Shown here: piece by piece, positions 13,494 through 27,489 of the stretch
Position numbering within the stretch: the first letter of the stretch is position 1
Layout: each line of letters begins with the position of its first letter
Source of the DNA: Octopus vulgaris
Taxonomy: Eukaryota
DNA length: 64,000 nucleotides
Assembly (NCBI GenBank): GCA_951406725.2
Contig: OX597840.1
Location: 20,522,001-20,586,000, forward strand
Direction: 5' to 3'
Program-made: the position numbers and the translations under genes
Notes under the pieces: model-generated
Seen by the model: only the letters and a program-made list of their open reading frames with translations
Database searches by the model: none
What the model was told of the DNA's origin: nothing

Positions 13494-13947
13494 AACTTGA
13501 ATAATTCTTTCAAATTTTGGCAGCTTTCGGAGAGGGGGTCAGTCAATCATCTCGACCCCAGGGCTCGGACAGGTGTCTACGTTATCGAAACCGAAACGAA
13601 GACAGACTAAGTTGACCTCGGCGGCATTTGAACACTTTACCATTTTGGGAAGAAATGTTGCCCCACAAATGGACAGATCGATACGAAACGAACTCCCTCC
13701 TTGTCTTATGATAAAAATTGTTAAGAAAGTTTAAAGGAAAAGATGGCGGTGGCTGCGGAGAAAGAATTGTTTAAAAATATCGGTATTGCATGAAATGTAG
13801 TGTTGGTGGCGACGACGATGATGAGGATGAGGATGATGAGGATATGTACACACACACACACATATATACATATATATATATATATACATACATAAATAAA
13901 TATATATATACATATATCTGTCTATATGTATATATATGTATATAACC

Positions 13948-14057
13948 TTTCGGGGTCGATAAATAAAGTACCAGTTACGCACTGGGGTCGATGTAATCGA
14001 CTTAATCCCTTTGTCTGTCCTTGTTTGTCCCCTCTATGTTTAGCCTCTTGTGGGTAG

Positions 14058-14058
<1 letters not shown>
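13948..14058 (+). mobile_element. SINE family B 3' fragment
   Basis: CCTTTCGGGGTCGATAAATAAAGTACCAG...TTGTGGGTAG. Confidence 0.85.
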
Positions 14059-14102
<44 letters not shown>

Positions 14103-14152
14103 TATATATGCACACACACACATATATATATACATATGTATGTACACACACG

Positions 14153-14184
<32 letters not shown>

Positions 14185-14758
14185 CATATGTATGTACACA
14201 CACGCACACACACACGCACACACACACACACACACACACACGAGTGGTGGCGGAGATATGGCAGTGATGATGATGGTGGCGGTGGTGGTGGCGTTGTTAG
14301 GAGGAGACAAGACAGGCCAATTCTGGTCGCCCTCCCGCTGTTGTGTTGGAGTGTGGAGGCGATGTTTCGTAAGGCGGGGGTGTGTCTCACCCGAGATGTC
14401 TACGAGAGGATCACCGTCTCCTGCCTGTCTAGACACACCCTCGCTCCAACACCGCCGCCAGACACTTTACGCCGTCGTTGCCTGTCGTCTGCAGCTAATA
14501 ATTCCACATGGCGCACTCGGCAGGTTCACCTCTTACTCAACAGACCCCCTCTCTCCCTCTCTCTCTCTCTCTTTATCTCATGCTCTTCCACTCTCTCTCT
14601 ATCTCTCTTTTCTCATGCTTTTCCAGTGTCTCTCTCTCTCTCTCTCTCCGCCTCTCTCTCTCTCTCTCTGCCTCTCTCTCTCTCTATCATACACATGCCT
14701 GTTTACTTTCTGTCTCTATCTGTCAATCTCAGTTTGTGTATGTATGTATGTATGTATG

Positions 14759-14936
<178 letters not shown>

Positions 14937-15804
14937 CCTATATATCTATCTGTCTATCTATCTATCCATCTCTCTATCTACCTACCTATCTATCTGTCTG
15001 TCTATCTGTTTGTCTATCTAATTATATATGTATGCATGAATCCATTGATCTATCTGTCTGTCTGTCTCTTTCTCTCTATCTATCAATTTCTCTCTCTCTC
15101 TCTCTCTCTATCTATCTGTTTATCTCTCTATATAATTATGTATGTATGTACGGGTGTATGTATATATTTATGGATATATCCATCTATTCATCCATCCATC
15201 CGTCCGTCCGTCCGCCCGCCCGCCCGTTTCTCTGTCTGTTTCTCTCTCTCTGTCGATCTATCTATCTATCTGTCTGTCTCTCTGTCTGTCTAATTCTTGC
15301 TCTTTCTTGTTTCACCAATCTAATATTTTCCCTCCCTCTTACTCTCTCTCTCTCCCTCTCTCATACACTTGACTGTTCTCTTTCTTTCTCTCCTTCTTTC
15401 TTTCTCCTCCCTTCTCTCTCTCTCTGACACACACACACTACCCTATTCTCCTTTTGTCTCTCTCTGTCTTTCTCCCTTTCTTTCGCTTTATCTCTCTCAC
15501 AGATACAAGCCTATACTTTCTCTCTCTCTCTCTCAAAGTGCTCTCCTCCTCTCCCTCTTCCCCTCTCTCAATCCCAAGCTCCCTCTCCACCCATTCTCTT
15601 GTGGCTTGGACAAGATTTTTGGCCGCCAACCGAGCGCTACGCATCTGGGTGGAGTCCGTCCCTGTCCGACAAACTGTCTCAACAGATAAACAATATTTAT
15701 ATATATATATACATAGCTATGTGTGTGTGCGTGTGTGGAGGGGCAGTTGAATGTACACATAAATAATATTTGTCTCTCACCAGATGGAGTGCCATCATGG
15801 GACA

Positions 15805-15872
<68 letters not shown>

Positions 15873-16164
15873 ATAACAATTTAATAAATAAAACATATGC
15901 ATACATACATACATATATGTACATACCTACATCTATATGTATATATACATGCATATATGAGTACAGGACACCACAAAATAAACGTAGGACACAACAAGAA
16001 ACGAAAACATAAAACCAAACAAGGAAACGGACTTTTTTTTAACAACGAAAAAACAGAGTACAGGGCAAACAATGCAAGGAATATTCCCCTTCTTCAGCTG
16101 CCTCTGTTTCGACTCAATGCGTGTTTCGAAGGTATATATATATATGCATATATCTACATACATA

Positions 16165-16358
16165 CATAGTCATTGTACATCAACCAACTGCTGGATGAAA
16201 TGATGAGTGAACTTGCAATTAAACGACTAAGATTGGTCAATAGAGACAGGCCGGTTCTCTTGCAAGACAATGCTTGACCACGTGTTGCACAAAGAACTCT
16301 ACTCAAGTTACAGGAACTGAACTTGGAAGTACTCTGTCATCCACCATATTCACCATAT
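16165..16358 (+). pseudogene. Mariner (DD34D) transposase fragment, copy 1
   Basis: Translates YINQLLDEMMSELAIKRLRLVNRDRPVLLQDNA*PRVAQRTLLKLQELNLEVLCHPPYSP, with the hallmark DNA(R)PH and HPPYSP motifs. Confidence 0.88.
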
Positions 16359-16363
16359 ACGTA

Positions 16364-16411
<48 letters not shown>

Positions 16412-16580
16412 ATTAATCAGCCGAAATTGCTAGGATGATCCGGTTCTTGACTGAAGATTGAAGGCTTCGAATGTCCCGTCCGTGTTTTTTGTATCGTCTT
16501 CTAAATGTTTTACGTTCTTGTCCCAGTTTGTATTTTTCTACATATAATACATATATATATATATTTATAGGTTACATACA

Positions 16581-16770
16581 TACATGGTCATTGTACATCA
16601 ACCAACTGCTGGATGAAATGATGAGTGAACTTGCAATTAAACGACCAAGATTGGTCAATAGAGACAGGCCGGTTCTCTTGCAAGACAATGCTTGACCACA
16701 TGTTGCACAAAGAATGCTACTCAAGTTACAGGAACTGAACTTGGAAGTACTCTAGTCATCCACCATATAC
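16581..16770 (+). pseudogene. Mariner transposase fragment, copy 2
   Basis: Near-identical to 16165-16358, with the same in-frame stop plus an extra indel. Confidence 0.85.
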
Positions 16771-16779
16771 GTGTATATA

Positions 16780-16824
<45 letters not shown>

Positions 16825-17018
16825 TATTTACCACCAGCTCAAATATTGTCTCCTCTGTCTTCCCTCCTTGGGATCTTTCCGTCTCCTTTAATCGGTTAAG
16901 AGCTCCGCTCGAAACCGTTAAACCCTCCTTCCCTTCTTTCCTGAGCGTCAATAATTGTTAATTTTTCCACGTCCTGCGTTGCTGTGTTTTTTTTTTCTGT
17001 GTTTTCTTGTTTGGATTA

Positions 17019-17076
<58 letters not shown>

Positions 17077-17115
17077 ATTAAAACCAGTGGTCTAGCATAT
17101 TAAAAGAATCCGAAG

Positions 17116-17157
<42 letters not shown>

Positions 17158-17216
17158 ATATCTATCTATCTATCTATCTATCTATATATCTATCTATCTA
17201 TCTATCTATATATATG

Positions 17217-17314
<98 letters not shown>

Positions 17315-17919
17315 CATCCATCCATCCAGCAACTGCCACCGCTACCAGGTGTAGCGATGCCATTACCATTTCTGCAAAAACAAACCAAAAGAACCCCCCC
17401 CCCCCGAAAATGGTTGGCGACGGCACCGCGTAGCACCGGAGATGTGGGAGGGGGAGGGGAGGAGGGAAGACGTAACGCGGTGACGGCGTCGAATATTGAG
17501 GTTAAGAAGATGCAGGGAGGAAGTAGGAGGAAGATATGAGTGGGAGGAGAAGAAAACGAGGATTGTGGTGGTGGCGGGAGGAGGGGGATTGATTCCGAGA
17601 GAACTTTCCGGAGGTAACCAGGTGGTTTTGTCTTGGGTTTTTACGTGTGGTGTGAATCATCCGTATCAAAAACGCCGCCGCCGCCATCGGCACCGCTATT
17701 ATTATTATTATTATTATTATTATTATGATGATGATGATGATCATGATGATGATGAGGAGGAGGAGGAGGAGGAACAGGATTATTGCCATCAACATCTGCG
17801 TTAGAACGGCTATGAGGTCTGTCAAAAAGCTAGAAGTAGCACACACATGTCCCTCGAATCGCTATATTATATATGTTACCTCAATATAAATATCTAATAG
17901 AAATATATATATATATATA

Positions 17920-17954
<35 letters not shown>

Positions 17955-17961
<7 letters not shown>

Positions 17962-18165
17962 TGTGTTTGTCCCCCCAACATCGCTTGACAACCGATGCTT
18001 GTGTGTTTACGTCCCCGTAACTTGGCGGTTCGGCAAAAGTGAACCGATAGAATAAGTACTAGGCTTACAAAGAATAAGTCCTGGGGTCGATTTGCTCGAC
18101 TAAAGGCGGTGCTCCAGCATGGCCGCAGTCAAATGACTGAAGCAAGTAAAAGAGTAAAAGAGAGT
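17955..18165 (+). mobile_element. SINE family A tail half
   Basis: GTGTTTGTCCCCC...GACTGAAGCAAGTAAAAGAG. Similar solo tails at 29010-29200(-), 33195-33415, 37732-37865, 41578-41800(-) and 60220-60430. Confidence 0.85.
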
Positions 18166-18179
18166 ATATAATATTTATG

Positions 18180-18251
<72 letters not shown>

Positions 18252-18539
18252 CATACATACATCATATATATATATATATATATATATATGATGTATATAT
18301 ATATATATATATACACTCATATAATTCCTAAAGTGTCCTTAATTATTTATTGATTTTACATGTTTTTTTTGTTATGTTGGCCACTGATAAAATCATTAAT
18401 TTTTAATGATTTTTATCCTTAATAATGCATACTTTAGAATATATATATATATATATACACCGGAGTAAACACATAAATGTGAAACAAGGTGGAAAAAAGT
18501 ACTCAATATGCTTTATTTAAAGCATATTTCTAGCAAAAA

Positions 18540-18577
18540 CTGTCTGATGAACGGCAACGAGAAACTCAGAGTAACAG
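18540..18577 (+). ncRNA. Minimal type I hammerhead ribozyme motif
   Basis: CUGU [CUGAUGA] A-CG-GCAA-CG-A [GAAA] CUCAGAG [UA] ACAG. Helix I is CUGU/ACAG and helix II is GNRA-capped with a mismatched closing pair. Confidence 0.65.
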
Positions 18578-18609
18578 ATTTTGTAGAATTTTCTGCTGCT
18601 TTAAATAAA

Positions 18610-18665
<56 letters not shown>

Positions 18666-19288
18666 ATGTATGTACGTATATACACACAGGTATATTTAGT
18701 CATGGATATTTGAAAAATAGTGGGAATGAACACAGGTGCAATTAGTTTTGATCATGGGCCGACTCATTTGGGTCTGACTTGGCTCTAGACAACAACAACA
18801 ACAACAACAACGTCGACGATGACGACGACGCTGACAACGAAGACATCAACAGTAACACTATTTCGACCATCGAAGTATTGATTGTTCGACCCTTTAGAAA
18901 GAGTAGCCAAACATTACTCATACCATGCGTTCATGTCTTTAAAATGAAAGAGTAGAATACGCTTAATAAATATGTATGTTTATGAGTGTGTGCCAATATG
19001 TATGTATATTTCCTTGGGGCTGGCCAGATTGGAGCAATCTCAAGAATAATCAGCCGAAATTGCGAGGATAATCTGGTGCTTGACTGAGGATAGAAAACTT
19101 CGAATGACCCGTCCTTGTTTTCTTTGTATCGTCTATCTGGATGTTTTGTTGTCCCCTTTTTTGTATCACCCAACTCTCCGGATGTTTTGCGTTCTTGTCC
19201 CATTTTGCATTATATATATATACCGGAGTAAACCCATAAATGTGAAACAAGGTGGAAAAAGAGTACTCAAATACCAGTGGTAGAGTAA

Positions 19289-19398
19289 TATGCTTTATTT
19301 AAAGCAGCAGAAAATTCAACAAAACCTGTTACTCTGAGTTTCGCGAAACTCAGAGTAACAGGTTTTGTTGAATTTTCTGGTGCTTTAAATAAAGTATA
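19289..19398. repeat. 110-bp near-perfect palindrome with no spacer, built from the 18540 HHR element
   Basis: Centre TTTCG|CGAAA at 19343/19344; the arms contain GAAACTCAGAGTAACAG. Confidence 0.9.
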
Positions 19399-19593
19399 TA
19401 TATATATATATATATAATTTTTTTTATCTCATTCTGAAAAACATTTTTTAATATACAGATGCTGATATATGACCTACGTTGGACTCCTTATTCGCACAAT
19501 CACCGAAACTGGAGCTTAACTATGGTCTGTCCATAGCACTTACTCAGCATTACCTGACACCTCTGGGTCTTACTGACACCATTACCTCTCATA

Positions 19594-19659
<66 letters not shown>

Positions 19660-19818
19660 CTGTATGAGTTAGAGGTTAAGCAACCATCTAAGGGATAGTA
19701 AATATCCAGTATTGCATGTATACCTATTGCAGGGCAATATCGCAATTGAATACTAGGTACGGGTGGGGGTAAATCAGAAATTTAACCAGGATATATAAGG
19801 CGAATAAGAAAATGGAGA

Positions 19819-19873
<55 letters not shown>

Positions 19874-20170
19874 ACAGAACGTACATAATTCTACACTCAT
19901 AAGTATATATATATATATATTTATCTATAAAATAAGTTTTATTTATTAATTAATTCAAAATAAAAAGTTATTTCTCCTGGAAGTGACTTTCTTTACCATA
20001 TATATTTTTTAATTAATTTCATTTCTATGTATTGGCTTATGATTTTCACTGTTTGATTTGCCTAATAGTGGTTTTATCTCTAATTTAATATAATATATAT
20101 TTATACTATAAAATTAGATTTGATCCTAAATCTAATTTTTCCCTGTAAGTTTGGATTTACTCCCTAATAT

Positions 20171-20223
<53 letters not shown>

Positions 20224-20718
20224 TATATGTATATATGTGTGTGTGTGCATATGTGTACGTGTGGATATCTAAGTGTACGTGTGAGTGTATATGTATCGAT
20301 ATTTATGAGTAGGTGAGTGAATGTATAATCTGATATACATGAAGATATAGCGTGTTTATCTTGTTCAATTCGTTGTTTGGTTCGATGGTCGTGTTTGGGA
20401 CATTTCGTCTTTATCGGTACAGAGCTCTTTTTATTCAATGTCCGCATCGAGTTGGTTTCGTTTTTCGCCTTGTTTATATGTATCGATATATATACGTAAG
20501 CGAGTGCATGAATAATGTGGTATACATGAAGATATATCGTGCTTATCTTGTTTAATCTGTTGTCTTGGTTCGTTGTTTGTATTTAGAATATTTTGTTTAT
20601 ATTTAAATTACTTTGGTTTTGTTGTATTTAAATTGTTTTTCGTTGTCCTTGTCGAGTGGGTTTCGTTTTTCGTTTTGTTTCTAAAAATGGAAAAATAGTT
20701 ACATCTCTACTGACACAT

Positions 20719-21109
20719 GTGGAAGCACTCCGTCGGTTACGACGATGAGGGTTCCGGTTGATCCGAATCAACGGAACAGCCTGCTCGTGAAATTAACGTG
20801 TAAGTGGCTGAGCACTCCACAGACACGTGTACCCTTAACGTAGTTCTCGGGGATATTCAGCGTGACACAGAGAGTGACAAGGCCGGCCCTTTGAAATACA
20901 GGTACAACAGAAACAGGAAGTAAGAGTGAGAGAAAGTTGTGGTGAAAGAGTACAGCAGGGATCACCACCATCCCCTGCCGGAGCCTCGCGGAGCTTTTAG
21001 GTGTTTTCGCTCAATAAACACTCACAACGCCCGGTCTGGGAATCGAAATTTAAACCGCGATCCTATGACCGCGAGTCCGCTGCTCTAACCACTGGGCCAT
21101 TGCACCTCC
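20719..21109 (-). mobile_element. SINE family C, full length with 12-bp TSD
   Basis: TSD CTACTGACACAT at 20707-20718 and 21110-21121. Confidence 0.93.
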
Positions 21110-21386
21110 CTACTGACACATATGTATAAATGACATAGAGACATACAAATTGCTAAAAAATAACAGGTGGTTCTTTGTCTTTGTAATCACCCTCAATTGT
21201 CAGCACTTATTTGAAACACGTTGGACCTGAAAATGCATAAATTTGAGAAGCACCATCTTGCGGGCGCTCCCCTCCTGTTAATAAATACATTTAACATAAA
21301 ATTCTATCAGATGACGTCCGTATAAACAAATGTATTGAAGCAAATCCGGAAATCAATCACAGTTTAATTATCTAGAGTCCCTAGAT

Positions 21387-21588
21387 CAGTGGTTTTCAAC
21401 CAGGGTTCCGCCAGTACAGTCCAGGGGTTCCGCAAGAAGTTACCAAAACTGCTAAAATCGGCAGTAATTTTTAAGTCTCCTGGGCAGATATGTGTGCATA
21501 AGACTATTAAATTATTGCACAGGGGTTCCTCGAGCTAGTGGAACGTTTCCTTGGGGTTCCGCTCCAGCAAAAAGGTTGAAAAGCACTG
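21387..21588. mobile_element. hAT-superfamily MITE (~200 bp)
   Basis: TIRs CAGTGGTTTTCAACC / GGTTGAAAAGCACTG; 8-bp TSD CCCTAGAT. Confidence 0.92.
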
Positions 21589-22096
21589 CCCTAGATATAC
21601 AATGGTTTGAATATGTCCTTTAATTGGTGTATAAATGAAAAGATTTTGGGGACTTCCAACTCGCGAACATCCTACATATAATTGCCCATGAAAGAAGCAA
21701 GAAGGAGCAAGGTGAAGCCCAGCAACCTTGAGAGACAGTCCTTGAGACTCGTTTATAAGATTTCTGTGCCCCACCCCTCAACGAATTTGGATGATCATAA
21801 CTTTCAGAGAAATGGATATTTTTTAATGAAATTTTCTACGAATTTGTATTATATCATTTATCATTTTTTTTTGTCGGGGAGTCTTTTAGGAGGAGGTGGG
21901 GGAGGATTTTCGGAAAATTCACCGGTGTCCACTTCAATTCATTTTAACTTCCAGGAAAATGGATATTTTTTAAAGGAATTGTCTACAAATATTCCTCGGA
22001 CTACGTAGATTCTGAGCATCATCATCATTATCATCATCATTCCACCCACAGTCTCTGTCTATTTGTCTTTCCCCCTCTCTTTCCCCTCTCTCTCTC

Positions 22097-22140
<44 letters not shown>

Positions 22141-22570
22141 AATCAATTTGGGAACCAACAAGAAATGAAAGTTGAAAAACGAAAAAGAAAAAGAAAAAGA
22201 ATAAATAAATAAAAATAAAAGCGGGTGTTTTCGAGAATCGAAACCGTGCAACCACATTTGCCGTAATCTCTGCACTTCTCCCCCATCCCCGCCATATGTA
22301 AAGAGGGCAAAATCGATAGTGGATTCTTCTTCCGAAGCGACAACCACTTCGCCGGTTCCACTCATTGCCACCGACTCCGTGTCTCGCCATTGTCTCTCGA
22401 TGCTGAAGGATGCGCGTCAAGTGGGTGCGTGGGTGTGTGTTGATGTGGTTGTGTGTTGGTGGGGGTCGGGGGTATGTATGCATGTATAAATGTATGTATG
22501 TATGTATGTATGTATGTATGCATGTATGTATGTATGTGTGTATGTGTATGTGTGTATGAATGTATGTATG

Positions 22571-22604
<34 letters not shown>

Positions 22605-23040
22605 TGAATATATGAATGTATGTATCTATGTATGCATGTATGTATGCATGTATATATGCATGTATGTACGTATGTATGTACGTATGTATGTACGCATGTG
22701 TGTGTGTGTATGTATAAATGTATGTATGTATCGATGTGTTGTATTTATAGGTGTATTACGTTAGTATATATGTACGTGTAGCTATATGTACGTATGCATG
22801 TAAGTATGTATGTATGTATGTATGTATGTGTGGATGGATGGATGTGTGTGTATATACATATATATACACTATATATATATACATCTTATATCTATATCTA
22901 TATATATGTATATTTATATACATATATATATATATGTATATATATATGTGCATATATATATATATGTATATATGTATACAAACACAATATATATATATAT
23001 ATATGTATGTATGTATGTATATGTATATAAATATATATAT

Positions 23041-23089
<49 letters not shown>

Positions 23090-23146
23090 CATATATATGT
23101 ATATATATGTATATATATAGATATATAGATATGTATATATATACAC

Positions 23147-23230
<84 letters not shown>

Positions 23231-23237
23231 CTTTGTA

Positions 23238-23289
<52 letters not shown>

Positions 23290-23358
23290 ATATACATATG
23301 TACACACACATATATAAGTACTCAATATATGCATAATATACATGCGAGTATAAAGTTT

Positions 23359-23397
<39 letters not shown>

Positions 23398-23964
23398 TTG
23401 TGTGTGTGTATGTATATATACACACACACACACACATATATAATTTACATATATAATAGGTACACACACATACGTGTGTGTATGCATTTGCATTTAGCTT
23501 TGAGTGCATCAATGCATTTCTGTGCATTCATTTGTGTGTTTGTGCATGTGTGCATAATATATATATATACATACATATATATATGTATATATATATGTAT
23601 GTATATATCAGATGAAGATTGTTCCAGCACCATGCAAATGCCACCCTACCCTACCCGGCCCCACCCTGCCTCATGTTACTCGCCCCTCCCCTGTCCCTTC
23701 AACCACCGGAACCCCGAGCATAACTAAACCCGCCCACCCGCGCCCTCTGCCACCACTGCTAGTGCAGAAGCGCCACCAAACACCATCCTACCATGCACCA
23801 CACACACACACACACACCCTGCTTACCACCGCCCGACCTCCACACTGCAGCGCCGCCGCCGCCGCCGCCGCCATTGCCGCCCCCGCTGCAACCGGTTGGA
23901 GACGCCAAGTCTGAGAGAATATTTTTCAACATAACTCAGGGCTTTCCCCGCCTTTATCGCTTCA

Positions 23965-24350
23965 GCACCACCATCACCACCACCATCACCACCACCACCA
24001 CCGACTAGCACCGGTACCACCGCCAACACCACCATAATCATCATCATCATCACCACCACCACCAGCACTTCCAGCATAACCACCGCCGCCACCACCACCA
24101 CCACCACTACCACCACCATCGCCACCACCACCATCGCCAACACCACCACCACCACCACATCATCATCATCATCACCACCACCATCACTACCACCATCACC
24201 ACCACCACCACCACCACCACCATCGCCAACACCAAAACCACCACCATCACCACCACCACCACCAAAACCACCACCTCCAGCATAACCACCGCCACCACCA
24301 CCACCACCATCGCTACGTGCACCACCACCTGTACCACCACCTCCGCCACC
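23965..24350. repeat. (CAC/CAT)n compound trinucleotide microsatellite
   Basis: Read directly. Similar tracts at 24690-25055, 31235-31695, 39480-40240, 43620-43820, 44980-45370 and 45629-46430. Confidence 0.9.
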
Positions 24351-24719
24351 CTTCCTTACAAACAATATGTTATTACAACACCCACCCCCTCTCGTCCTCG
24401 CTCTCCACCCACCCCCCGCCACGCCACCAGAAAACCTTAATATTGGAGTTGTGAACCACGTGATGTGTCAGCTGATAAACCAGAAATGAACATTGTGTGT
24501 CGATTTCCGATTTACTTCGATGACTTTCTTTTTTTTGTTGTTTATTAGTTTTGTTTTTGTTTTGTGCCTTTTTTTCTGTTTTTCGTTTGTTTCTTTATGG
24601 AAAAGATTAAAATTTTTGAAAAGTAATTAAAATAAAGAAATAGATAAAATTCGGGGTCACAATTATCTATTATTATTATTATTATTATTATTTTAATAAA
24701 GAAATTATTATTATTATTA

Positions 24720-24777
<58 letters not shown>

Positions 24778-25091
24778 CATTAATATTATTCATCATCATC
24801 ACCATCATCGTCATCATCATCATCACCATCATCGTCATCATCATCATCATCACCATCATCATCACCATCATCATCACCATCATCGTCATCATCGTCATCA
24901 TCATCGTCATCACCATCATCATTATCATCATTATCATCATCATCATCATCATCATCATTCTTATCATCCCCTTCATCATTTTCATCGTACACACCACCAC
25001 TATCATCATCACAACCCTCCCCCTTCTACTCATCACCATTATCATCATCATCATCACTCATATCAACCTCATCGTCTTACAGAAGGAATAC

Positions 25092-25127
<36 letters not shown>

Positions 25128-25374
25128 AGGGGGCGTTTGTCTCCAAAACTCCAAAATTGAGTAACGTTTTCATGTTTGGATTTGGAAACTACGATAAGAA
25201 CATCACTGGTCAAGGATGAGGTGAAACAACTTGATTCAATTGAGTAGATTCCGATGTATCGCTATTATTGTGACCTATCATCAATACCACACACTCGGAT
25301 CAAACGGAAACGAACCGAATCCCTGGCCGATGACTTTATATACAAAGAGAGTAAACACTATTTGCTGAGAGAGA

Positions 25375-25548
25375 CCCCGGAAACATTCCACTGGCTCGAG
25401 ACCCCGGCGCAATAATTTAATAGTTTTCTGCACACATAACTGCACAGGAGAATTAGAAAATTACTGCCGATTTTAGCAGCTCTTGCGGAACCCCTAGACT
25501 GTACTGGCGGAACCCTAAGGTTCCGTGGAACCCTGTTGAAAACCACTG
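25375..25548. mobile_element. Truncated copy of the 21387/26311 hAT MITE
   Basis: AAACATTCCACTGGCTCGAG...GTTGAAAACCACTG. Confidence 0.8.
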
Positions 25549-25614
25549 ATATAGAGTAAAAAACTATTTGCTGATGTGCCAGGGCGTAGCTCATATGAAA
25601 GTAAATATATAAGT

Positions 25615-25970
25615 TATAGGCCATAGACCCGAAATTTATAGGCCATAGACCCGAAATTTATAGGCCATAGACCCGAAATTTATAGGCCAAAGACCCGAAA
25701 TTTATAGGCCATAGACCCGAAATTTATAGGCCATAGACCCGAAATTTATAGGCCAAAGACCCGAAATTTATAGGCCATAGACCCGAAATTTATAGGCCAA
25801 AGACCCGAAATTTATAGGCCATAGACCCGAAATTTATAGGCCATAGACCCGAAATTTATAGGCCATAGACCCGAAATTTATAGGCCATAGACCCGAAATT
25901 TATAGGCCATAGACCCGAAATTTATAGGCCATAGATAGACCCGAAATTTATAGGCCAAAGACCCGAAATT
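25615..25970. repeat. 22-bp minisatellite (TATAGGCCA[T/A]AGACCCGAAATT), ~16 copies
   Basis: Head-to-tail units with no spacers, a single T/A variant position and one 4-bp slippage. Confidence 0.95.
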
Positions 25971-26310
25971 CCATCGACCCCAGTGTTGAGCAGGTTCCTA
26001 TTGTATCGATACCGAAAGGATGAAAGGCGAAGTCGACATCGGCGGCATTTTATCTCAGAATGCAAAAACCAGAAGAAATGTCGCTAAACATTTTCTCCGG
26101 CATGCAAACGATTCTAACAGTAGCAACAGCAGCAACAGCAGTAGCCGTCCAAGAATTTGGACCTGGAGATCTCCATTTTCAGCGACTTTGAGAGCCACCT
26201 TCCAGCAGTGTCGGGCGTCAACGAAGAGCCTTCGACTACAAGGCACCAAAGTTTTTTTTTTTTTTCTTTTCTTTCCAAGGTCTGGGGTCTCCCGTTCCTA
26301 AGCCCTAGAC

Positions 26311-26511
26311 CAGTGCTTTTCAAACTTTTTGCTGAAGTGGAACCCCAAGGAAACATTCCACTGGCTCGAGGAACCCCTGTGCAATAATTTAATTGTCTTA
26401 TGCACACATATCTGCAAAGGAGAATTTAAAATTACTGTCGATTTTAGCATTTTTGTAACTTTTTGCGGAACCCCTGCACTGTACTGGCGGAACCCTGGTT
26501 GAAAACCACTG
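26311..26511. mobile_element. hAT-superfamily MITE (opposite orientation to 21387)
   Basis: TIRs CAGTGCTTTTCAA / TTGAAAACCACTG; 8-bp TSD CCCTAGAC. Confidence 0.92.
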
Positions 26512-26827
26512 CCCTAGACCATCACCTAATCACACTTATCCGTCTTGTTGCTTAACAACAACAACAAAAACAACAACGACAGAGCAGAGGCAGCAACGAC
26601 AATAACAACAACAGCAATAACAACAATAATCACGTCAAATGTGGGCCATCTCACGTCGTACATCGGTGTCAACTATCAGTGGATAATCTTCATTCGAAAA
26701 CGTTCAGTCGGCCATTTTGGCCGACTCGACTGGATTTTTGTGTTATAAAAATTATTGTTAATATTTATGTTCGCATTCCAGACGTTTTTACTGGGAGACA
26801 AATGTTACGTATCAGCAGAATATTACA

Positions 26828-26863
<36 letters not shown>

Positions 26864-26978
26864 CGCACACACACGTTTATGGATAAAAAGATTGTCAGTC
26901 AACGAAACATTTATAAACATAACGATGTACTCAGAATCACATGTCTGTCACTGTGTGTGTCTTTTGTATATATATATG

Positions 26979-27047
<69 letters not shown>

Positions 27048-27138
27048 GTATAAATGTGTGTGGGTGTCTGTGTGTGTCTATCTATGTATAATACATAAAT
27101 ATATAGATATATACAGGTATGTATATATATGTATGTTT

Positions 27139-27186
<48 letters not shown>

Positions 27187-27188
<2 letters not shown>

Positions 27189-27332
27189 GCATATGCATGC
27201 AGATAAAGTTTTAGATGTATATACGGATGTATGTAATCATGTATATAGTGGTATATATATATATATATACCACTATATAGATGATTACATACATCCGTAT
27301 ATACATCTAAAACTTTATCTGCATGCATATGC

Positions 27333-27334
<2 letters not shown>
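27187..27334. repeat. Near-perfect palindrome centred on (TA)9
   Basis: 27187-27251 is the reverse complement of 27270-27334 with one mismatch. Confidence 0.92.
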
Positions 27335-27385
<51 letters not shown>

Positions 27386-27453
27386 CACATTCATATCTAT
27401 CTATCTATATATATATATATACACACACATATATCTATCTATCTATCTATCTA

Positions 27454-27489
<36 letters not shown>

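Noticed and set aside
16440-16485. CTGAAGA...GAA as a hammerhead in the 16410/19005/32328/36926 family
   Set aside because: No GAAA-helix III-UH and no helix I pairing could be built.
21970-22430. Unique GC-richer island with minus-strand ORF (MAMSGTGEVV...)
   Set aside because: The ORF runs into microsatellites and no homology is recognisable, so it cannot be supported as an exon.
25615-25970. CRISPR-like regular repeat
   Set aside because: There are no unique spacers, the context is eukaryotic and no cas genes are present; it is a plain minisatellite.
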